Counted from the stretch's first letter, positions 26,759 through 39,460 are shown. The stretch is 64,000 nucleotides of DNA from Vicugna vicugna (GCA_013265495.1 MU057521.1:496001-560000); one strand, 5' to 3'. Numbers and translations: made by a program. The notes: generated by a model not told the origin, from the letters alone.

Positions 26759-27014
26759 GATAAATTGGGAGTTCGATACTTGCAAATATTAACTACTATA
26801 TACAAGACAGATAAAAAAAATTTCTTCTGTATAGCACAGATAACTACATTCAATATCTTGTAGTAACCTCTAGTGAAAAAGAATATGAAAATGAATATAT
26901 GTATGCATATGTATGACTAAAACATTATGCTGTACACCAGAAATTGACACACTAACATAACTGACTGTACTTCAATTTAAATAAATAAATAAATTTTTAA
27001 AATAAAATAAGAAA
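26759..27014 (+). mobile_element. Young 5'-truncated L1 3' end (cetartiodactyl/camelid-type) with A-rich tail and TSD
   Basis: gggataaattgggagtt...gaatatatgtatgcatatgtatgac...gctgtacaccagaaattgacac...ttcaat + A-rich tail; flanks taaaaggggcagg (26746-26758) / taaaaggtacagg (27015-27027). Confidence 0.85.
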
Positions 27015-27714
27015 TAAAAGGTACAGGATCCTTTGAAAGTATCAATGGAAGTTTCTTTAAGAAGTTTTCTAGTGCATAGAACCGTCCGCTGCAAACTATT
27101 ATAGATTTCTGTAAAACTTCATAACTGGCAACATAATATTGGATGTCAGGAATTTTGATATCTTACCCAGATAATTTTAAAGAATATAATTTTTAGATAT
27201 ATATATCAGGCTTAAAAATCCTATTATGCTACAACTAAGACTAACCCTACACAATTCTCCAGTCAGATATTAACAAGTATGAAAGATAAATTTCCTTTTC
27301 ATTTGCCTCACTCTTCCATTAAGTACCATAGAAATCATATTTCAATCAATACATCTGATCTTTTCAAATTAAATTATCATCTTTTAGAAAGCCAAATAAA
27401 AGATGTCTTGAATAGATGGAGCGATTTGGTTTATTTTACATTTTTGTAATAAATTCTATTTAAATGCAATTCCTTTACCAATTCAGTTACTAGTTGTTCC
27501 CAGTTGCCATTCTCTTTTTTTAAAGTCAAAACTAAATTTCAAAGAGATATTCCAAGATTTTATAGCCTGATTGTTGAAAAAAACCTTTTTTATAAAATAA
27601 AAAATCTTTTTGATATATTCAGGCTGTTGTAAATTAATTCTTATGATATTTCCACTTATTTGGTGCAGTCTTCTTTTATATCACAAGAGATACAATGCAG
27701 GTAATAATCACAGA

Positions 27715-27850
27715 ATAATTCATTATTCAAAAAGCATTTATTCAGTGCCCTCTCTGTGCCAGCCTGGTTCTCCGAGTTGGGAACCTAGAGGTAAACAGGA
27801 AGACAGGTCCCTTATCAAAGAGTTTACCTTTTACACAAAGGAAATAACTG
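27715..27850 (+). mobile_element. L2 3' end
   Basis: attcattattcaaaaagcatttattcagtgccctctctgtgccag. Confidence 0.55.
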
Positions 27851-27970
27851 GCAACATGGAAAGAAAAGAAAAACGGGTGTGTAAGAGAGGGCCTGTGAGA
27901 GGGCTGACTTAGATGGCACGGACAGAGGAGGGCTACGAGGAGCTGGAAGATGAACCACAGAAGCAGCAGC

Positions 27971-28263
27971 TGTATTAATCTGCTGGGGCTGCCATAGCAA
28001 AGTCTCACAAACTGGATGGCTCACCCAACAAAAATCAATTTTCTCACAGTTCTAGAGGCTGTAAATCAGAGACCAAGGAGTTGGCGGGGCTGGTACCTCC
28101 TGAGTGTTGGGAACGAGGATGTGTTCCACGTATGTCTCCTAGCTTCCGGCAGTTTGCTTACAATATTTGGTGTTCCTCAGCCTGTAGAAGCATCACCCTG
28201 ATCTCTGCCTTCATCTTCACATGTCTTCTCCTCTGTGTGTGTGTGTGTGTGTGTCCAAATTTT
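27971..28263 (-). mobile_element. MLT1C MaLR LTR, 3' portion
   Basis: tgtattaatc...ttctcacagttctagaggctg...tgtagaagcatcaccctgatctctgccttcatcttcacatg...(TG)n tccaaattt. Confidence 0.85.
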
Positions 28264-28383
28264 CAATGCCAATGCCTGGATCTTGAACTTCCAGCCTCCA
28301 GAATGATTAAATAATAAATTTCTGTTGTATAAGCCTCCCCAGTTAGTGCCATCTTGTTATGGCAGCCCTAGATAATTAATACA
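28264..28383 (+). mobile_element. MLT1 MaLR LTR, 3' end only
   Basis: gatcttgaacttccagcctccagaa...aataaatttctgttgtataagcc...ttgttatggcagccctagataattaataca. Confidence 0.85.
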
Positions 28384-30798
28384 CAGAGCAAGACCAACGT
28401 CATACACTAAGCTGTCTTTTTGATTCCTGGTTCAGGGGTCTCTAATGGAAACTGGAAATACAATCTTAGAAATTTCTAGAAGTTACCATTTGAAGGAATT
28501 TCTCTGAAAAACAAATAAATAAAAAATTCCTTTGAAGAAACAGCCTCTGCGTTTTGAATTCTTCAAGTCAATGAATACTTACTGTTCTGATGGTCTACTT
28601 TCTTTTTCAACTTTCATTCAGATATTTTGATATCAATGAAGACACATTCTAAATGCATATTTTACCATTAGAATAAGTTAGTGGAATCATCAGATTTCAT
28701 GTATTTGCCATGAGCAATTTGATTATTGAATAAAGTTGTTATTCTTTATCTAAGACATTTTATACTAAATTGACATATCCTGTTGATCATATAAAAGCAA
28801 TGGAGCATTTTTAATCCCTTGTTGCCAAAATAGTAGTAGTTAAAAAAAAAAAAAGCTACCACTAATCATTAGTCAAGGAAAAAGCCAAACTTTCTTCCTT
28901 ATGTTTGAAGCCTAACTCTACATCTCTCTCCAGAAAGTTTATGAACATGGACGAATTAAGAGTTTATTACATGCTATTTCCCTTGGAGATGACCACAGCC
29001 AGAGTGCAAGGTAGAACTGTGATGACCCTTTAGGCTATAACCAGGCGATCCTGTATCTGATCTGTTAATAACAAAGTGCTTGTTCTTTCCAGCAAGCTAC
29101 ATGATGCTCTGAGTCAGCCAAGGTGGAGATTTCCCTCAGACTGGCCCTTGGACACTCCAAAGTCAGGTGAAAAACTGACAACAGGAAAACTCCAGAGAGT
29201 TTCCCTTTGGAAGCGCTGGATCAGTATGTCTGTGATCTGACTTATGCTGAAAAATGCAAGCTCATGAATCTTAGGCAGCATAATTCTCCTCTTACCCCAT
29301 CCCACTGCCCTGAAGTGGCCACAGCTTAACTGCCTTTAGGTTGGAATATCAGCATCCGTGGACGAAAGCTGATCTCTCTCTTAATTTCCGACTAAAATTC
29401 TTTTGTCTTTTCCTGCTGTCTGTGACAAAGGCTGTAGAGTTCTTCAGAGATGAATAGCAGGAGACAGTGCAACAAATTAATACAAATGAAGTCATTTCTG
29501 AGTGACTCCATCTGCTTTAGAAATAAGGCTCGGACAATAATGTGGCCAAGATCCAGATAATTAGGCCTGACTCCAAATGAAGGCTCACAGGTAACTTATA
29601 GCTTCATTAACTCTCTTCAAGAAGGCAGACATCCAAAAACTAACCTTAATAGAAGCAGCATATGATCCATTGACAATCTGTTTGATATTAAAAAATGAAC
29701 TTTGTTTTTGCAGCGTTGCATGAACAGTAGGCAAATAGCATATGCAACTCAAAACACCATGGACCAAGACAGGGTCTAGCATCCTAGAGGCCGGTCTTGA
29801 AATTCAGAAAACAAAGACCTTAATTTTTGTTTACAGAATTTAATCAAAAGGCATTAATAATCTAGCAACGAAGAAAGGCACATAAGGTGTCTGCAAGTGT
29901 CTTTTCTCTGTAATCAACAGGAAGATTATTAGCTAATAACAAATGTTATTCATCTTCATAATGGCTAAATGACAGCCTGTTTAAAAATAACAAATGACTA
30001 CTCCTCATTGACTATTACAGGGTGAGCATGACCTTCACGTATTTTAAGCAAACAAGTCCTCTTTTCAAAGACTTCAGGAGTCTTTTAATTGATAATGATG
30101 AGATGTTTTATCTTTACCAAGGGACGCCAAACCTTTTTAGACGCTTTTGAAATTGAGATAATTTTATGCTGCCCCCTGAGTTAGAAGGAACCCTGAAGGT
30201 CTGGCACTGATTTTTTTTTTTCATAAACAAGATTATTAATGAACCACAAATGTAATTAGTTAACTGTATATAGAAACTCTATATAGAAATGTTTCTTCTT
30301 TGTCCTGACTGATTTTTTTTTTTTTTGTAGAAGAGTTGAGTTTCAATTCACAGGCCAAAAAACAAATAAGTTAGATTTTCAAACTGGATTTTTAAAGATT
30401 ATGTTCTCTGAAGTACAAACATTATATATCTCTAGTTACTGAAGATATTAATATTAGGGCTTCAACTGAAAGCTGTCTATGGCTTCTACATCATTTTGAC
30501 AATCACACCAAGCATAATTCACAAATGCCTCTTCGCAGTAAGTTTTCAGCTGTCTAGGACTCAAGACCTGTACTTTCAGTGACGTTACATGATGGGTTAC
30601 TCCAATGTGACACAGCAGCTGTGACATGCAGAGACCGGTTAGGGGAACCCTGGTGGATGACTCGCTAGCCTTCCTGACAAATTACCAGGTAAACAGAGCA
30701 GCTACTGTAGGTGGGGCCATTGTTTCAACATCTTTGGCCACACGTGGCTGTAAATTGCCTGCACTATTTGAGGCCCTATTTATTTTTCAGAGCCTTAC

Positions 30799-31172
30799 TG
30801 TGTAAGCAGAATAAACGTTCCCCAAAGATGTCCATATCCTAAGCTTGAAACTTGTGGCTTTGTTATTATCATGGTAAAAGAGATTTTGCAGATGTGATTA
30901 AGTTAAGGATCCTGTGATGAGAGAAGGTAGGAATGATGCATTTTGAAGACGGAGGAAGGAGCCACAAGCCAGAGAATGCAGGCAGCCTCTAGAACTGAAA
31001 CGGAAAAGGCAAGGAGACAGAGTCTCCAGAAGGAAGGTAGCTCAGCTGACACCTTCATTTTGAGGTCATTGAGACTGAATTCAGATTTTTGACCTCTAGA
31101 AATAGAAGATATTTGTATTGTTTTAAGGCACTAAGTTTGTGGTTTTATTGCAACAGCCATAAGAAACTATAC
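30799..31172 (+). mobile_element. MLT1D MaLR solo LTR (internally deleted)
   Basis: ccccaaagatgtccatatcct, ttttgcagatgtgattaagttaaggatc, gccacaagccagagaatgcaggcagcctctagaa; possible TSD cttac/ctaac. Confidence 0.85.
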
Positions 31173-34100
31173 CTAACACATGTTTTTGAGCTCAGAACCT
31201 AAAAACTAGCCGGTGGCTGGTGCTTCTGGTAACAAAGCATTCCTCCCTCTTGGCAAGAAAAGCATCACCATCTACAGAAGTAGAGCAATGGTAGAATTCC
31301 ATGGAGGAACAGTTCTAAGCCAAAAATTACACTAGTTGTTTCTTTTCTATCTCAGATGCATATTTTAAAGTGTCACCAAACTTTCCTTTGGATGCTGGAG
31401 TTGCTTAAACATATAAATACATTTATATATATATTTTTTAAAAGAAAGTATTTTCTCCAACCATAGGCAACTTTACATCTTAAGACTGCATTTCCCATTC
31501 TGTAAACTGACAGGGTTCAACCAAATGTTCTCCAAGTTCATTCCTAGCTCTGAGATCATCAGGTCCTGCCTTACACCAGAGCCGTCTTCTGTTAACTTCC
31601 ATACTGTGCAGATATACATTACTTTTACTTTACAAGGAGGGAAGTTCTCCTTTGTGGCTTATTTGATGATAATCCTGATTATTTCACCTCAGGTCCCATT
31701 TCCTCCGAAGGGAAATTTTTGCTGCAAATCAGCAAAGGTTATTTATCATCGACCCGCCTTTTCTCAGGGACTGAGTATACACATTGATTTTGTAACACGG
31801 TTATCAAATTATCTTCATAAATCAGTGAAAAGCCAAACAAAAAAATGTCACAAACAAAAGTTAAAGGTATCTCGGTCTTCAAAGGAAGTGGTGCGCCTTT
31901 ATTTCCAAAACACTACGTGATGGAACCCAACCGCTGTAACTATCAGCACTTTAAAGTCCTTGCCCTGTGCTCTGAGCACAAATTGGGAGACTGTCATCCT
32001 CAAGTCTGTGACTTTGCTAAATGAACTTACCTAATGTAGCATGCCAGTAGGGAGATGGGGAAGGAGTTGTTTTCTGATAAAGCTTTAGGCACATAGTTTA
32101 AGTTAACGAGACGTGGCAAGAGCAGGTGGGTGATTCCATGTTCACACACTGTAATGGGCCAAAGGCTAATTACTATTCACTGTAAAACGTACATAAAAGT
32201 AGCAATTATGCTTTCAGCCTAGTGGATGTGATGTATTAAAAGCTATCAGCTTCACCTTCTGTAACAACAGCTTTTGTCTGTTGGTACCAGGATGTGCAAA
32301 AGTAAGACGGATATGGAAAGGGGCCTCTGTGACTTTACTATGAGAACAAACATTGGGGTCTCACTCTCCCTCCTTCTGTGCTTAAGACACAAAGGATAGA
32401 TGAAGCCCTGTGGCTTAGAAACGTCATTTGTAAATACGATGTTTTTCTTCCTCGGCTGTGAAATGCTGCCAAATTAACTGTTCACAAAAAGATTTTCCCC
32501 TCCAACTCCTCAAGCCACCTGTGAACCACAGACAAATATTGAGTTCACAGACAAATAATAAGGGGAAAGTCTCAACCACCAAGTTCAAACCGTCAGAGTT
32601 GGGAACACATGTGAGAAGTGCCGTTAGGCTGAGCTGAGTGTCCTTCCCTGCCAAAAGCCTCAACAGACAGAGTTAATGGATCTTATTATATAAGCAATGA
32701 AAGCTGTGAAAATACACATAGAATAGATAGAAAAGAAAGACAGAGAGTAAGATTCAGAGATAACAATATTGTAGGATAATTCACGCTTGGTACTTGAATG
32801 AAAATCGTAAGTGTTCTACCAGAAAGAAAATCTCTCCCCTAAACAGAGAGGAATGGATGCTGAATATCTGAACATGAACTATAGAGGAAATTCTTTTTTC
32901 CAACTTAGGGAAATGAAAACCAAACTTGACCTTGTCTGTCAAGAGCCCACCACTTGAAGACTTCACTTATTTAGTGAATTTCTAACCTGACATGAAAGGT
33001 GTATTCTGTGCAGCCTGGACCCTGCTTCCATGATGCACTCCATCTCAGCCTGTTCCATGACTGACCCTCTGCTTTTCACCCAGAGCCTATTACTGGTTTA
33101 CAGAGAATCTCCTCTCTGATACAGAAGCACCACTGAGAGGCACCTGCCAGGTCTTCGTAGTCTCTTGCTTGACCTCAGGCTTGAGAGCTGCCTCTGTGCA
33201 CCCCTGGCAAGTAGAGCCTGGTAAGTCCAGGACCTCCCCACGTGCCAGAGAGTCAGGTACTCAGCAGACACTAGAGAGCTGCACATGAAAGCCAATTCAT
33301 TTATGATTTGGGAAATATAACATATTATGGTGATATAATAGTTCACGTATGTACACAGTCAGTGAAGGGTTTTTCATTTAGTTCAAGCTGGAATTCCCCA
33401 AACACCGTGAAGATAATTTAACAGAAAAGGAGTCTTATATTTGGTATTAAAAGATGTCAGGCTAGATCAAGGACTTTATCCAGATTATTTCTGTCTTTGC
33501 TTAAGTCCAACTGAAGTCTACTGAGGGAGATGCAGTTTAACATTTCCTACGCTCAAAAGCTTCCAGAACAGCTACTTAGTACCTTGGTGTTGGCTTAAAA
33601 GGTCAGCTCCCACAGATAACCAGGGCAGAGCACTGAGAAAATTTTGACCTGTGCCAGGGAATTATCAGTACCAGTGATATCTGCCCCACATGGAACTTGT
33701 TCCAGTTCTGCCCAGCAGCCTTCACTGCTAAGATGTGTCCCAAAGCATCATGCATCTGCCAATGTGCCCGAGCCCCAAGTCTACCGCAGAATAAATAAAG
33801 TCGGGAAATATGACGACCCTAGAAGCTTCCAAGAGATATACCCAAACTCTACTATTTTCATTTTGTCACATGCAAGACAAGCGGAGAGAATTGCGGATAC
33901 ATCTACAGTACAAATTATATTCCAATGTTCTAATGCAGCCTATTCTGTGGGTGTTTCAAACCAATATTGATTTTATTTAGAGCCAAAGAATTATTTGATG
34001 ACAAAATTTAAATTTATGCTACATAAAAATTCGACTTTTTAGAAAAGCTTTACTTCCAGATATATTACAGCATCTCTGCAGCCACAGACGTCCTTAACTC

Positions 34101-34939
34101 CTTCATGGCAATGACCTAAATCTCCAGTGTAGTTAATGACTTCTTTCCATTCTTCAAACAATGATTCCCCTCATCAAGATAAAGCTGGAGACCACCCAGA
34201 GGCTCCTGAGTTCCCTGGTCTAATTATGTTGCATGGCTTTTCTGTAATCTTACCGCTTTAAAATTTCTCTAAAACAGGCTGTACTACATTTGTGTTCCCA
34301 TCACTCTTAGCCTGCATCCTGATTTTATGTATCCTTGTCTGCTCAAGGAGATTACTCAGGTTACTGATGTGTTTTTAATGTAAATATTCTCCCTTTGTCA
34401 TGAAAAGGGAAAATTGCAAAGATGTCAAGTATTATTGAATGTAAATAAGCCTTTCTCACCTCAGCCAATGCTGAATTTCTGTCACTTAGTAAATAAACTG
34501 GTATCAGAGTAGGATTAATGTCAACGATCCACTGAAGGTTGCTAGTTTGAGGCAAAACAATAAAGCAAACACTACAAAATACCAATGACTCTTCTGGGTG
34601 TTGGTATTTCTTGCTTTCCGTGGGATTCATAGATCTAAATTCTGTCTTTCTGGTATTAACATGGCTGTGGATCATTAAGATACAAACAGTGGTAACTTAA
34701 AAAACACAAACAAATAGCTATCAGGAAATTGGGCCAATGACCCAGGTGTTGGCCGTAATGCTGAGCCTTGTAAGTTCAGTTTATCCCCAGAAATGTAAAG
34801 GCACTGAAGGGCACACCGTTCACTCTGGGCTAGCCATCAGCAACAAAAAGCCAGTAGCGGGGCAGCGAGACATTAGTATAAAACATACAATGAGTCGGGA
34901 GGAGAGGCCAGGGGAAATACATCCCAAAGCAGGAGTCAG

Positions 34940-35020
34940 CAAAGCATCAGAGACCATTATATGTGGCCAGCAAAGCCCCAGATATTTACTATCTGGCCTC
35001 TGCCTACTCCTGCCCTAAAC
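34940..35020. mobile_element. MER58 fragment
   Basis: cagagacc...tgtggccagcaaagccccagatatttactatctggcctct. Confidence 0.55.
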
Positions 35021-35134
35021 TCTCAGACCCAAACATGGAAACCAGTTTGTGTGTTTTAAAGGGCTGCAGAGAACTGGGCGCATTCTGCAAAGTCCAAGCC
35101 TGCTTGCCAGGATGTGTGCATGCGCCTTAGTGAG

Positions 35135-35630
35135 GAAACCCAAAAGCACACATTGAGATGAGAGTTTGTGCACAAGTCATTTTTTTAAAGGCTTGCTTCC
35201 CAGAAAAAGCCAGTAAGTGTGGGGGGAGGGGCGGGGGAGGGAGCAGGGCAGAGCACAGAAAGAAGCAAAGCAAACGTGAGATGTTGGGACAAGACGGAGC
35301 CTCAGCCGGATCATGCAGGGAACTCAGGAGTGCAGATTACACCTCAGAGTTGGTCTCAATCTCCAGGCAAAGGAGGGGGGCTTCTACAGTCACGCATCAA
35401 TCCCTGGAGGGGAGAGGGGAGAGATGTAAAGCTCTAGGCAATGTCTGCTCCCTGGGTGCGAAGCAAAGCAGTCTCACTACACCAAGGGCAGGACTCGGAG
35501 GACAGTCCCAGGGCTGAGTCACCTGAAGGAAAGTACGCAGAAACGGAGCGATGGGCACAGAAGTCCACAGAACATTAAAAGGGAACTGAGGAGACGTGGG
35601 TGGAGCCAGACCCTGTCCAACACCAGATGT
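35135..35630 (-). mobile_element. LTR16-like ERVL solo LTR
   Basis: cattgagatgagagtttgtgcacaagtcatttt...gcctcagccggatcatgcagggaactcaggagtg. Confidence 0.55.
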
Positions 35631-35789
35631 GTGTGCACGAGCATGTGCTGGGGACGTGGCAGAGAGGATGCAGTCTTGAGGGTCAAGTGATTATCTCAAT
35701 GAATATCTTGATCAAACTCATCTAGGGGCCTCTGCTCCACCTTGTCTTCGTGAAACACCTTTGTCTAGCATGAAGCAAAATGGAAACAA

Positions 35790-36030
35790 TGATTAGTTAT
35801 TATTAAGCACTGTCTAAATATTGTGAACTCTTTGGATATATCATTTTATCTGATCCTTCTAACAACCCTGCAAAGGTGGTGTCATATCCCTTTTTAGGGA
35901 TGAGGAACCTAGGGCTCAAAAGGGTTAGCTAAACTACGCAAAGATACTCAGAAGGGAAGCAGGAGAGATGAAATTTGACCCAAGCCTGTCCCACTCTAAA
36001 GCCCTTAGGGCTTTGTACTCTCCCACCACT
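35790..36030 (-). mobile_element. MIR SINE
   Basis: aacaaccctgcaaaggt...tttttagggatgaggaacctagggctcaaaagggttag. Confidence 0.75.
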
Positions 36031-36362
36031 TGAGCTGCTAAAAAATGGAGGATACCCCATAACCTAGAACAAAAATCTCAACAAGAACATGCCTTCATAC
36101 ATGTGAAAATCTCAGAGAATAAAAGAACAAAGAGACAGAGAGGGAAAGGAAAAGAGGGAGAGAATGAGAGACAGAGAGCTGGTTTAACCACCTCACTCAA
36201 GAGGGTGCCTGGTCTTGGAGGGCAAGTAGAATGGATGGGAGGACACTATTGTGATTCAGGTTTTTCAAACTATTTGTAACCAACAAATCTATTTCTTAAA
36301 TAATTTAGTTTGCAGATTTGTACCAGATCTGAAGGCCTTTTCAGCCCATGTGTACTTTAGAG

Positions 36363-36545
36363 CAGGGGTTCTAAAACTTCAACGTGCTCCCGAAGTATGT
36401 GTGTGGGGCGTGCATTTAAACGCATGCTCCCAGACTCAGGTCTCCGAGACTCTGTTTCAGTATGTCCAGGTGAAGCCCACGGATCTGAATTTCTTACAGG
36501 AAATTTGAAGTAGATGGCCCATAGGTTGCATTTTGAGAAACACTG
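36363..36545. mobile_element. MER5A/B hAT-Charlie MITE, full length
   Basis: caggggttctaaaactt ... cattttgagaaacactg termini; flanks ctttagag/tttcagag (6/8). Confidence 0.75.
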
Positions 36546-37586
36546 TTTCAGAGGAATGGGCAAAAATAACAAGAAGAACCCACTCTACTCAGGATTCTCT
36601 GGGTATTATGGTAATTTCATAGACAAAGAGAAAGATGATAGACAGATAGACAGACAGAGAACCTATCCAAGCTGATCAGCCAGGTATGATGAGAGTTTTC
36701 ACTTACAGATGCCTTAGCCATATGTGACATTTCTGCTTGAAATCTAATTACAGATCTATAGTTGACAATTAAAGTTGTTAATTTCTAATCTCAAGTGCAA
36801 TGTACTAAATCCGGATATATTTTTGAATATAAATATGTGCACCAATTCAGTGTAATTTTTTTCAGAAATTCCAAAATGAGTAGGAGGAAGAACAATTTGG
36901 TATGCTGGCCAAGTTCTATTCTGGGGTAATTAAAATCTGCCTACTTAAAATTCTTTTTGTAAATTTCAGTAGCTACATGCTTCTTCCTCACTTCCTGTTC
37001 TCAAGGGCGGTAGAGTGGTGTGCCCATTGTTAGCTGACCGTCCCAGATGACACTCTCTGCTGCAAATGCAGGGGTGGCCATGTGTAAATCCAAATGTGAA
37101 TAAGCCATTAATATCAATGTACAATACAGAAGCATGCCCATGTTTGGCTTTGATTCCAGAGCCTTTAAAAAGTATATTTCTCATGTTATTATATTTGGAT
37201 CTTGTAAGGATAGCTTGATAGAGCCACGTAAATTCATACTAAATTAATATACATGATTTATTGAGAGTGCATCTCATTATCTAGATAAATAGCAACTTGT
37301 CACAGAAAGGGCAATCTTGTTATTTTTTTAATCTGTTATTTTTTTCCTTCCCAAATGATTCCAGTGTGGCCTTCGAATGTTTATTCAGAATAAGGGGCTT
37401 ATGTCCTTTCTCTTCCTAAGGACTTTCAAATACTTTGCACACAATAATGATTAACTCTGACGATGCTCTTAATAAGACTGAAGTGGATGAGAGCCGCAGA
37501 TAAAATGAATGGAGATAAAAAAAAAATGAATGGAGAGAGAGAAACTACCACATGGTCCATAAGGGGAGAGGAAAAAGCAGAGCATG

Positions 37587-37600
37587 CCACCAGATGGCAA
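37587..37600 (+). promoter_or_regulatory. Candidate CTCF site
   Basis: CCACCAGATGGCAA matches the CTCF core CCASYAGRKGGCRS at 13/14 positions, in non-repetitive sequence. Confidence 0.4.
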
Positions 37601-38557
37601 GTGGGCAACAGCCGCTTGCAGCCATTAGAAGCAAAAGCATTCGCTATAATTTCTGATATTGTATTTTTGTCTAAATATGGCAATAAAGCCTCTTTTGACT
37701 GGCTTTCGTGTTTGTGATGCAGCAAGGGAAACTGTTTGGCAGAAGGAGAACTACAGAACAAACAGAAGGTGAGATCCCACAGGGACTAAGCAGGTCTGGC
37801 AAAACACAGAAATCAAGCAAAGGTTATAGATTTAGACTGCCGATCTCGAAATGCCACTGAAGACCACCTTGTCTTCTAGAATGGAAATTCACAAAACTGT
37901 CATGATGGAAGCAGGCTTTGCTTCCGCCAATTCAACTCACTCTACCTTTTAGCAACAGGCTTATCTCAACCAACAGTAAGAAAGTAGCCTATAGCTCGTC
38001 TGAGCTCTCACGTAAACTTAAGCTTTTCAGATATCTGACCAAGACTATTTTTTTAAGCAGCTTGGATGTTTAAAAATACAAGCACACTTAATATCAAAGT
38101 AGATTTTCTCATCCAGATATAGATAAACATAAGACCAAAAGGGAAGTAAGTAAATTTAGAACTCTAAGGATACAAAACAAGAATAACATTAAAAATATAA
38201 AAGACTAGAAAATATCTTAAATATCTCATTTTATCCATATTTGCAGAGTTTTGCAATTTAGAGAAATTAATATTTTTATAAGAAAGAATACCACCCAATT
38301 CTAGCAAATCAAAAGTGTTTAGAAAATTAAAAGGTTGAATAGAGGACTTCAGGTTGAGAAATATGCAGCTTTTTATTTGAAAATGCTCTGTAATATCTTG
38401 GTTGATTGAAATTGCTAATCAAGGTAAAAGATGTATGATTCAAGCAATTACAAAGCAAATGTAGCTTCCTATTTCCAAGACACACAGTGGATGCCTAAGC
38501 AGGATTTTAATAAATGTTTTGAAATACTTCACACCTTAGATGTCTTCAATTATTTAC

Positions 38558-38602
38558 TGTTTCTTTTCTTTCTTTCCTACTTTCTCTCTTTCTTTCTTTC
38601 TT
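38558..38602. repeat. (TTTC)n-like simple repeat
   Basis: tttcttttctttctttcctactttctctctttctttctttc. Confidence 0.8.
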
Positions 38603-38619
38603 ATCTCTATTACATGACA

Positions 38620-38790
38620 AGCTAGCTATAACTATAACAACATGTCCCAGATTTTCTATTACTCCTGGAACATATTAGGTAACCAATAAGTTTTTGGTGT
38701 GTGAATAAATGAATGGTGAATAAAAGGATATCTAGTGGATGGCGGGATAAAAAACTAAGATGAACAAATAAGCAAACAAATGAATGAGGG
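38620..38790 (-). mobile_element. L2 3' end
   Basis: cctggaacatattaggtaaccaataagtttttggtgtgtgaataaatgaatgg. Confidence 0.55.
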
Positions 38791-39170
38791 TGAAGGTCAT
38801 GAGACACAGACTCTGAGAAGGAGATTCCTATGCAGGAGATTTCCTGGGGTGAATTCTCACTCATAAACGAGTGGGGGAAATGGGATGGGAAGAGGGAGGA
38901 GTTAAATGGTGATTCAGTTTCAACAGATCGCAGGATCCCTGGAGCGGGGACAGCCCTTCAGAGTTGTCTCACATTGAAGCAAAGGGCCACATCAACCAAG
39001 GGAGCAGGGGACACGACTTTGGACTTTCAATGGAGGATAAATCCTAGAGAGGAACACAGCTGAGAGGCACTGGTGGCCAACACTCCTGGAAAATGGAGAG
39101 AGTGTGCCTTGATGCTGAAGGAGGAACAGGGTGCACCCACTGGAGGGACTAATGAATCCTCTAGAGTTAG
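38790..39170 (-). mobile_element. LTR33-like ERVL solo LTR
   Basis: cacagactctgagaaggagattcctatgcaggagattt...acagcccttcagagttgtc...gctgaaggaggaacagggtgcaccc. Confidence 0.65.
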
Positions 39171-39234
39171 CTGCATGTTCAGTTTTCCAGGAGCAACTAA
39201 ATGTTGGCTTTTGGAGGAGGCAGCTTCCATGCTA

Positions 39235-39460
39235 CACTATCGTGGAGAGCACAGACTTGGGCTTCAGACTGAAAGACTTGGTTTTAATCCCAATTTTGGT
39301 AACTTACTTGCTATGTGACCTTGGGAAATTAAATAAAACTCTTAGTCCAGGTTTCTACAATAAATAAAATTAACTTGGGAAGGCTTGTGAGAATTGACTA
39401 GGACAACAAATGTTCGAAATACCTATGACAGTGTGTACATAACGCTTACAAATATTAATT
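39235..39460 (+). mobile_element. MIR SINE
   Basis: gagagcacagacttggg...cttacttgctatgtgaccttgggaaattaaataa. Confidence 0.75.

Noticed and set aside
28577..28650. Minus-strand GTAAGT donor with a short ATG frame (MKVEKESRPSE)
   Set aside because: Weak acceptor, stops in all through-frames, peptide not recognised.
32025..32075. Minus-strand AG|GTAAGT donor with a 43-nt possible exon
   Set aside because: The acceptor lacks a polypyrimidine tract, and isolated consensus donors are common.
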